Source of the DNA: a virus
Taxonomy: Duplodnaviria > Caudoviricetes
IMG/VR virus record: IMGVR_UViG_3300046786_000471
Span: 1-30,187 of that record
Direction: 5' to 3' (one strand)
DNA: 30,187 nucleotides
Of this stretch, positions 23,941 to 30,187 are shown piece by piece. The notes beneath the pieces are model-generated. The model saw nothing but the letters and a program-made list of their open reading frames with translations. It searched no databases and had not been told where the DNA came from. The number at the start of each line of letters is the position of its first letter. Position 1 is the first letter of the stretch. A program made the translations under genes and the position numbers.

Positions 23941-25227
23941 TTACGCAACCCCAACTTCTTCGATCAGTTTCTTTCTCAAAGCTTCATCCCAATGATGAGT
24001 TGCCATTTCAAGAATGTGTTGTTTGCTGAAGTTGTTAAACAACAACAAACTTGCATCATGAATAGACCTCGTTGAGAATTTCTCGCTGTCTACATTCTTA
24101 TCAAGAAACTTACGAATCTTTAAGAACCAGGGATAATGACTACCAGCAATAGCTTTCTCGATGTTCTTGTCATAATCGATGAATATACGACACAACTTGA
24201 AACGATCTAAGAACGCCATGTCTTGCATTTCACGACCCTGATACTCCACAGAACCAGAACCCCAAGTATTACCCGCAAGGATACAATAGAAATCCTTATG
24301 CTTTTTAGCAATAGGATTCTCTTGACGATTGGGTACACTTATTTGACCAGTACGGTCAAACGCAGCATTTAGAACCACTGCAATACTAGGAGACATAGCA
24401 TCATACTCGTCTACTAAGAACAAACCACCGTTCTCATAAAAATCCAAAAACTGACTGGTTACATACCCTTGTAGATTAGCAAAACCCACCAATTCTGATT
24501 TGGAAGCTTCCATATTACAGGAAAAACTACCATATCTCATCTGAAGGGATTCAGCAGCTTGTTTAGCAAGGGTAGATTTACCGGAACCAGTGGGTCCGAC
24601 AATCATTGCTTGTTTAAACAACTGCAAATAACTAATCAACTTTGGAAGTTCCACATGCGCTGTAGGATTATCAATTACAGCTTTCAACTTATCATCCAAG
24701 AAAATAGATGTTCTCTTTGATTCAATAAAAGAATCAATGATTTTGTCTTTCTTGTCTTCAAAATCTGCTTTTACTTTCGCAAGCAGTTCCTTCTTGAGTT
24801 CAATCTCAAGTTTAGTTCTTTCAGAGGATATAACCTCTGTTAATACACCCTGGATTTTCTCATGACGCAATTTGTACATCACGAGTTTGTCTACTCTTTC
24901 CTGAATTGCCGCTTCAGGAATGTTTACTTGGAAACCAAGTCCTGTGGAAGTGTTACTCATCTTCTCTTCTGTTTTTGTTTTAGTGAATGATTGTTCTTTT
25001 TCTTTATAATAATACAGGTCATGATCATGTGGTCCAACTCTATAACCATTTTTTCTAAGTGGGTTTAGATTTTCATCAATCCATTCAACACTACACCATC
25101 CGATATTCCCATCAATACTTACGATTATACCGTAAATACTTCCCCCATCTTGATCACCCCACTGCCAATCTTTACCTCTAACTACTTTTTGACCCACTTT
25201 GGGTTCTTTTACTATTTCTAGTTCCAT
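23941..25227 (-). CDS. MoxR/CobS-like AAA+ ATPase with an N-terminal MIB/HERC2 domain
   Basis: N-terminus VGQKVVRGKDWQWGDQDGG...G.....WCSVEW...NGYRVG..DL, then a coiled coil, then GPTGSGKS, FLVDEYD, AGNT and DMAFLDRF. Confidence 0.88.
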   Translation of the reverse strand: MELEIVKEPKVGQKVVRGKDWQWGDQDGGSIYGIIVSIDGNIGWCSVEWIDENLNPLRKNGYRVGPHDHDLYYYKEKEQSFTKTKTEEKMSNTSTGLGFQVNIPEAAIQERVDKLVMYKLRHEKIQGVLTEVISSERTKLEIELKKELLAKVKADFEDKKDKIIDSFIESKRTSIFLDDKLKAVIDNPTAHVELPKLISYLQLFKQAMIVGPTGSGKSTLAKQAAESLQMRYGSFSCNMEASKSELVGFANLQGYVTSQFLDFYENGGLFLVDEYDAMSPSIAVVLNAAFDRTGQISVPNRQENPIAKKHKDFYCILAGNTWGSGSVEYQGREMQDMAFLDRFKLCRIFIDYDKNIEKAIAGSHYPWFLKIRKFLDKNVDSEKFSTRSIHDASLLLFNNFSKQHILEMATHHWDEALRKKLIEEVGVA

Positions 25228-25511
25228 ACAATGGTTTTTTGTTTTATGTTCATAATCTCGTTTAGAAACTCTACAAGCATCATTTTCTTTACGTTAAATA
25301 AATACTTATACTTAGCGTAATTCTTGAGATGACGTAGTTTATTAGATATACCAGCATCATAGGGATGTTGATCCCAGATGAGTGCAAGTTCTTCTAGATA
25401 TTGAATCCTCAATTCAGGAAAGTCATCAATACTACCTGATAGATTCAACAATGTTTTTACTGTTGATTGTGCAGAGGATTTCATTAAATTTTCAAGTGAC
25501 AAATTTTTCAT
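25218..25511 (-). CDS. Hypothetical protein
   Basis: 97-aa ORF overlapping the ATPase start. Confidence 0.65.
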   Translation of the reverse strand: MKNLSLENLMKSSAQSTVKTLLNLSGSIDDFPELRIQYLEELALIWDQHPYDAGISNKLRHLKNYAKYKYLFNVKKMMLVEFLNEIMNIKQKTIVWN

Positions 25512-25533
25512 GATTTTTAGGTGTGTGATGAAT

Positions 25534-25566
25534 AAAATGAAGGGAGAGCTGCCACACTCTCCCCTC
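25534..25566 (-). terminator. Intrinsic terminator-like hairpin
   Basis: GAGGGGAGAGT-GTGGCA-GCTCTCCCTTC-ATTTT. Confidence 0.6.
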
Positions 25567-25571
25567 TAGCA

Positions 25572-25871
25572 TTAAAACGAAAACCTCACATAAGCTTTTC
25601 CGTCTTTTACCTCCACTTGAAAATTCTTCAAAGGAAGAACCACAGTTTCATCCTTCTTAAGTTTTGACACGTTAAGAAGTTTTTGAGTCTTGATTGTTCT
25701 CCTTTGTCTGTAAACATAAGACATTGCTCCCGCAGGACGACGATTGAACTTTGTGCAGAATTCCTGCAACACGTCTTTGTTCATTACTTCATTGCTGTGA
25801 ACAAACACAGCTAACGCGTTTTTTTCTCTCTGAGAGAATGCGTTTCCTCTACCGGTTTTTTGTTTAGCCAT
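25572..25871 (-). CDS. Basic hypothetical protein, possible Myb/HTH-like DNA binder
   Basis: FSQREKNAL...FCTKFNRRPAGAM pattern. Confidence 0.6.
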   Translation of the reverse strand: MAKQKTGRGNAFSQREKNALAVFVHSNEVMNKDVLQEFCTKFNRRPAGAMSYVYRQRRTIKTQKLLNVSKLKKDETVVLPLKNFQVEVKDGKAYVRFSF

Positions 25872-26231
25872 TTTTAATGGATTTATAAATGATGAAAATA
25901 AGAGACTAAAGAAATGTGTCCCAATGTAGAAACATCAGGACACCAGAAAAGACTACGATCACAAATTGTCTTTGTTTGCTTTTTCACCTCTATAATGAAA
26001 GAAAGCAACGATTGCTGATAATATCATCAGCGCTACTACATGTGTTATCATAGGAAAATCCTGTTTAAATATATAATTATGTGAGAAGCAACCCCTTTGA
26101 AGTGATCTCCAGGGTTGTTTCACCACCTATAACTCTCAATGTAAAACTCCCCCATTCGTATTAGGAATGAGGGAGCGTTTTTGTCTCCGATTTCACGTGA
26201 AGTCTGAAATCGGGAAAGATCCTATACACTC

Positions 26232-26414
26232 TTATAAATCAATGAATTTTACTCCGTCTATCTCTTTGACGGGTAACTCATAGAATAAATTAATTCCTTC
26301 TTTCTTTTTTGTAGCGTCTTTGCTGGTGATGTTCAAGTTGATAATCGCTTTTGTCTGCACATTGACAATCTTAACACCAGATAAAGATTTTTTCTGGTTA
26401 AGCTGGATTTTCAT
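26232..26414 (-). CDS. Hypothetical protein
   Basis: 60-aa ORF within the operon. Confidence 0.6.
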   Translation of the reverse strand: MKIQLNQKKSLSGVKIVNVQTKAIINLNITSKDATKKKEGINLFYELPVKEIDGVKFIDL

Positions 26415-26613
26415 GATTGTTGTTTATATAGTTGTACAATTCTTGTATTTCCTCTCTTTGTTCATTGATAATTGCTATACAAAAGAACACAACGGAGAAA
26501 GAAAACAAACATATCCCCAATAACACTTGATTAGCGTTATACGCATCAATCAAGATGATTAAGGAAGCAAGTGCTGTTAAAACACTTACTACAAACAGTG
26601 CTTTTTTAATCAT
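26398..26613 (-). CDS. Two-TM membrane protein
   Basis: Two hydrophobic helices. Confidence 0.65.
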   Translation of the reverse strand: MIKKALFVVSVLTALASLIILIDAYNANQVLLGICLFSFSVVFFCIAIINEQREEIQELYNYINNNHENPA

Positions 26614-26920
26614 TAGTAAACAATTTTAAGAATTTATCGGTTCTGCGCTGATTCATCTCAGCGCTGTCTGTAGATAACCTTGCAGAGTAATACCCCCAAC
26701 GCTCAAAATCCAATCCTGCGTTCTGACAAACGCTATAATAATGTTCGTCATCATGCAACAAGTGGATTATAAAGCTATTTTTACCATCGTACACGTTTTC
26801 CATATCCATGTACGTTTTTCCTTTACACACTTCATTCCATTTTTGCTCATCTATATCATAGATGAACTCGATTTCTGGTACTTTTTTTACCAGGAACATT
26901 GTTGTTTGTGCTTGGTTCAT
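26606..26920 (-). CDS. Hypothetical protein
   Basis: 104-aa ORF. Confidence 0.7.
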   Translation of the reverse strand: MNQAQTTMFLVKKVPEIEFIYDIDEQKWNEVCKGKTYMDMENVYDGKNSFIIHLLHDDEHYYSVCQNAGLDFERWGYYSARLSTDSAEMNQRRTDKFLKLFTND

Positions 26921-27142
26921 TTTTTATTATTGTATGGTGAAAAAACATTTGTTGACACAAGAAAAACCCCTACTGCAAATCAGTATTGACTATACTGATT
27001 TTAGGGATCTTCCTTGTGCTAGAATACCTTTTTTTCTCATCAAGTAGTATCCACGAGAAGCTAACCTGCTCGATTGCTTTTATTCAACTTGGTTGTTCGT
27101 GAGCAATGCAACTCCAACAACAGACACTCTACTATTGCATTT

Positions 27143-27469
27143 TCAAGCGTCGGGTTTCTTTGTTACAGAATCCTTTACCTTCTGTAACATAATGTTATGA
27201 TTTACGAGTGCATCCTCGTAGGTGGTGTATCTCTTTTGAAATTGATTGTATTCACCACCGAATATCATTGTCTCAAATAACACGGGTTTGGTGTCTTCTT
27301 CATCTGAGAAGAACCTATGGTCAAACCCTAAAAATACCGTTGATACGAAGATGTCTCCAACATAATCCTGTTGGATAATCTTCATTTCGGGATTATCGTA
27401 TAACTTTAATCCCTCTTCCATACCCACTGGATATGGATTTTTGTTTTCATCTAGCAAGTAACACTGCAT
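27143..27469 (-). CDS. Conserved-looking hypothetical phage protein (VSTVFLG.DH...FETMIFGG)
   Basis: Start MQCYL (27469) follows the upstream stop. Confidence 0.75.
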   Translation of the reverse strand: MQCYLLDENKNPYPVGMEEGLKLYDNPEMKIIQQDYVGDIFVSTVFLGFDHRFFSDEEDTKPVLFETMIFGGEYNQFQKRYTTYEDALVNHNIMLQKVKDSVTKKPDA

Positions 27470-27470
27470 A

Positions 27471-27659
27471 TTATACTTTTTGTAATGTTTGAGTATAAAT
27501 TTCATATGCTGTCTCATGATCTTCCTTTATGGTGAACAGCAACACTTTCGCGTTGTTTAGTACACCATAAACGATTGTTTCATTTTCTTCTATGTCTGCA
27601 TAGAAGAATCCTTGTGGGTTTTCTGTTATGAATTCCCTACAGATGGTTACATTGTCCAT
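27471..27659 (-). CDS. Hypothetical protein
   Basis: 62-aa ORF within the operon. Confidence 0.6.
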   Translation of the reverse strand: MDNVTICREFITENPQGFFYADIEENETIVYGVLNNAKVLLFTIKEDHETAYEIYTQTLQKV

Positions 27660-27668
27660 TTTTTGGTT

Positions 27669-27953
27669 TTAGAAAGGTGATGGTATACTGATACTGAATA
27701 AATCCGTTGCAGGATCAATCTTCACCTCTATTTGAGGTATAGACTGTCTTGTATACATCTTACATCTTTGATAGATGAAGATGATTCTTTGGATCTTTGT
27801 GAAACTCCTGTTTTTCTTGGAATACTCCAATAAAGCATACAATATAGCTTCATTAGAGAAATCTTCAAAACCTGTTCCACCGTCTCTGAACTCATTTACG
27901 TATTCTCCTATGGTGAAACCAAGTTCCCCCTCTAGAATAGTTATTGTTCTCAT
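27669..27953 (-). CDS. Hypothetical protein
   Basis: 94-aa ORF within the operon. Confidence 0.65.
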   Translation of the reverse strand: MRTITILEGELGFTIGEYVNEFRDGGTGFEDFSNEAILYALLEYSKKNRSFTKIQRIIFIYQRCKMYTRQSIPQIEVKIDPATDLFSISIPSPF

Positions 27954-27965
27954 GAAATGTGATTT

Positions 27966-27994
27966 AAAGGAGGGAGATTATTATCCCCCTCCTT
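27966..27994 (-). terminator. Intrinsic terminator-like hairpin
   Basis: AAGGAGGGGGAT-AATA-ATCTCCCTCCTTT. Confidence 0.65.
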
Positions 27995-27999
27995 GTTAA

Positions 28000-28734
28000 T
28001 TAATTAGTTGATGCGACAGCGCAATCGATAGCGTCATTCTTGTCAACAAACACTGCTATGAACCTACCTTGATGTAGGAATTCATGTTTACCAATGTTCT
28101 TGATTGGGTAGACACTACTATCAATCGACAACAATGTCCATTTACCGTCGTTTGGGTAAATCAAAAATTGTTTCATATTGTAACGTTTCCAGTGGATAGG
28201 AAAAGCGTCACAAATTTTGATGTTATCGTTGATATTTACACCACGCTGCCATATCTCTAGAGATTCTTTACTAACCTCAATCACAGCTTTACACGATCTC
28301 ACGTAATTCCTGCACATTTCGAGTGCAAACTCGAAACCTCCAGGAATATTATTCATTCTTTTTATGAATGAATTCACCTGGAATCCGTTGTACTCACCGT
28401 ACCCATCACAATCAATGTTAGATACGATGAGCATCTCATCAATCATCTCATCATAAAGCTCTTCGCTTATGATGTTTGTTCTAAACATGTGTTTTAATAT
28501 CAACACACATGAAGCATGTAATGCTTTGTCGTGGTGGTGGTCAAACACGTTTATGTACGTGGAGTGTTTTCCTCCTACATCAATAATCCATATATTAGGA
28601 TTATCCATGTCTTCTGCTGTAATCGTTCTTGTTCTTACAACAGGACACTCTTGTACAAACTCATGTACAAGAGCAATAGCAAACAATTCGTCTGCGTGGA
28701 ACACCCCGTTATGGGTGATGATTTTTTCAATCAT
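28000..28734 (-). CDS. MYG1/UPF0160-family (DHH-like) exonuclease/phosphoesterase
   Basis: THNGVFHADE, VRTR, IDVGG, FDHH, IDCDG and FLHQGRFIA motifs. Confidence 0.88.
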   Translation of the reverse strand: MIEKIITHNGVFHADELFAIALVHEFVQECPVVRTRTITAEDMDNPNIWIIDVGGKHSTYINVFDHHHDKALHASCVLILKHMFRTNIISEELYDEMIDEMLIVSNIDCDGYGEYNGFQVNSFIKRMNNIPGGFEFALEMCRNYVRSCKAVIEVSKESLEIWQRGVNINDNIKICDAFPIHWKRYNMKQFLIYPNDGKWTLLSIDSSVYPIKNIGKHEFLHQGRFIAVFVDKNDAIDCAVASTN

Positions 28735-28765
28735 TTCTTTAGTTTTAGGTGGTGGTGAAAATAAA

Positions 28766-28793
28766 TAAGCAGTTTAATGTCATGCTCAGGACA
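28766..28793 (-). other. Compact H-type RNA pseudoknot
   Basis: UGUC-C-UGAGCA-U-GACA-UUAAAC-UGCUUA. Confidence 0.55.
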
Positions 28794-28799
28794 AAGAGA

Positions 28800-29363
28800 T
28801 TATACAGCATATCTGCTATCTAGGATAGCATCTGGGTTGTATTTCTGGTATGCATCCTGTGCATCACCAGTAAACCCTGACGCTTGCTCTCTCTCAGCAA
28901 GCTCAAGATTTAACGCACCTATACCGTATTTGTCTAGGTCTACTCTTTGTGGGTGAAATCCTTTAAGTGCGCTGGTTTTTTCTGTAGCAGCACTTACATG
29001 CCATCCTCTCATCCCTTTATGGATTTCGAATACCACACTTGTCTCTATTTCTTCATCTATCTTTATGGAAGTTAGTTCTTTATCTTCCATAAAGAAGTTA
29101 AAGAGAATCTCTTTAGGAAATTCTGTTTTGAATCCGAACTGTTCGTGTTCGTACTCGTCTTCTTTTACCTGTTTGTATATAGATATATACTTGTTGACGT
29201 GTCTCTCGTCAACAGTTAATCTATAAAGAGATACGTCGGTGTGGGAGAATACAAATTCTTTTTGAGTAGATTTGCTCTCCATATCTTTTTCATTGTAGGA
29301 GTATGACGTACTCTCTACAACGTTAAACTTTGGCTTGTAACGTAATAAGAAAAACTCTTTCAT
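28800..29363 (-). CDS. Hypothetical protein
   Basis: 187-aa ORF. Confidence 0.7.
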   Translation of the reverse strand: MKEFFLLRYKPKFNVVESTSYSYNEKDMESKSTQKEFVFSHTDVSLYRLTVDERHVNKYISIYKQVKEDEYEHEQFGFKTEFPKEILFNFFMEDKELTSIKIDEEIETSVVFEIHKGMRGWHVSAATEKTSALKGFHPQRVDLDKYGIGALNLELAEREQASGFTGDAQDAYQKYNPDAILDSRYAV

Positions 29364-29597
29364 TTAGTTTATTTTAATGCTTTTGTAATAATCTTCTCTA
29401 TTATCTTTATTATGCGAGCGGTATGCTTGGTACATAAGTACTACTTCTACTGTACCTAATACATTACATATACCCACAAAGAGGAACTTACCTCCATCCC
29501 ATACTATATGGTTATCTATGTATAGAAGTATATCAAGGGACAACACAATAAACCCTATGAAGAATGCAAATATTAAAGCTACGTGTTTACGTTTCAT
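29364..29597 (-). CDS. Two-TM membrane protein
   Basis: Two hydrophobic helices. Confidence 0.65.
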   Translation of the reverse strand: MKRKHVALIFAFFIGFIVLSLDILLYIDNHIVWDGGKFLFVGICNVLGTVEVVLMYQAYRSHNKDNREDYYKSIKIN

Positions 29598-29716
29598 AAT
29601 TAGCTATTTACTGGTTTGACAATATCGTTAAGAGCGGATTTGAGTGGTTGACAATGAAGGGGATGGGGACAACTGGTGTCCACCCCCTTCATAAGTCATT
29701 GATAATCAATCAGTTA

Positions 29717-30112
29717 TCACACAGTTCCCACTGTTTCACCACCATCTTCATCCCATGTGATTGTAGCAATGGTCTCTGATGAGTTATTTATAAAAATGAC
29801 CCATCTCTGTTCAGAGACGGGTATCTTTACACCCTTTCTGTCTACTAAGAGTAGACCTAAAGAAAAGGTATGAGCGTTGTCTCTAAGAAATTTAGCGAAG
29901 TCTATGTCGGTCATAGTCTTCATAATTTTCTTAACGCTCTCACCGAACCATATTGCACTCTCTGAAGAAGTCTCCAAGTATGGTAACTTCTGCTTCAATG
30001 AGCGTTTTAAATCTAATCTACCCTCCATTCTAAGGAAGGTAGAGAATTTGGTTCTGTTACCGAAAATGTCGCTACTGCGACTTGTTGCAATGGAGTTAGT
30101 CGTTAGTTCCAT
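29717..30112 (-). CDS. Hypothetical protein
   Basis: 131-aa ORF followed by a GC-rich hairpin at about 29654-29692. Confidence 0.7.
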   Translation of the reverse strand: MELTTNSIATSRSSDIFGNRTKFSTFLRMEGRLDLKRSLKQKLPYLETSSESAIWFGESVKKIMKTMTDIDFAKFLRDNAHTFSLGLLLVDRKGVKIPVSEQRWVIFINNSSETIATITWDEDGGETVGTV

Positions 30113-30187
30113 TTTTTCTAAGAATTAAACGTTAATTAAATAAAATACCGCAATTAAGGGGGGTACGGGAGTTTTACAGGGAGGGTG

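Noticed and set aside
956-30128. Antisense ORFs in the track (956, 3913, 5349, 6991, 7452, 8629, 9908, 13297, 15565, 18383, 18848, 22231, 22265, 22692, 23530, 26320, 26741, 26862, 27775, 28469, 28531, 29877)
   Set aside because: They overlap better-supported genes on the opposite strand and show no recognisable motifs.
1-30187. Stop-codon reassignment as seen in some crAss-like phages
   Set aside because: Genes are full length and densely packed under code 11, and TAG and TGA both terminate genes (e.g. 1383, 14161).

Overview
This window is an AT-rich dsDNA bacteriophage segment, most likely a crAss-like (Crassvirales-related) phage of a Bacteroidota host. The host call rests on the lack of Shine-Dalgarno motifs and on TAnnTTTG -7 boxes. 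The code is standard. Most genes are on the minus strand. (1) A replication block holds primase, a putative SSB, a Sak4/AAA_24-type ATPase split by a group IA2 intron carrying a GIY-YIG endonuclease, a DnaB-type helicase and a DnaA-C-domain protein. (2) A plus-strand lysis/tail island holds holin- and spanin-like proteins, a TIGR02594-type endolysin, an FN3 fibre and a SASA-type acetylesterase. (3) Repair and nucleic-acid enzymes include UNG, an SF2 helicase, a metallophosphoesterase, an SplB-like radical SAM protein, an HNH protein and MYG1. (4) There is a MoxR/CobS-like AAA+ ATPase fused to a MIB/HERC2 domain, with a vWA-like partner. The most unusual part is a ~1.75 kb non-coding unit (about 20086-21878, minus strand) with its own predicted promoter and terminator. 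It is tiled with structured RNA modules: a tmRNA with a 26-aa tag, four tRNA-like RNAs that share one acceptor stem but carry variable cargo instead of an anticodon arm, two covarying copies of a pseudoknot motif I do not recognise, and a repeated loop heptamer AUAGUAG. All structures were paired by eye and no searches were run.
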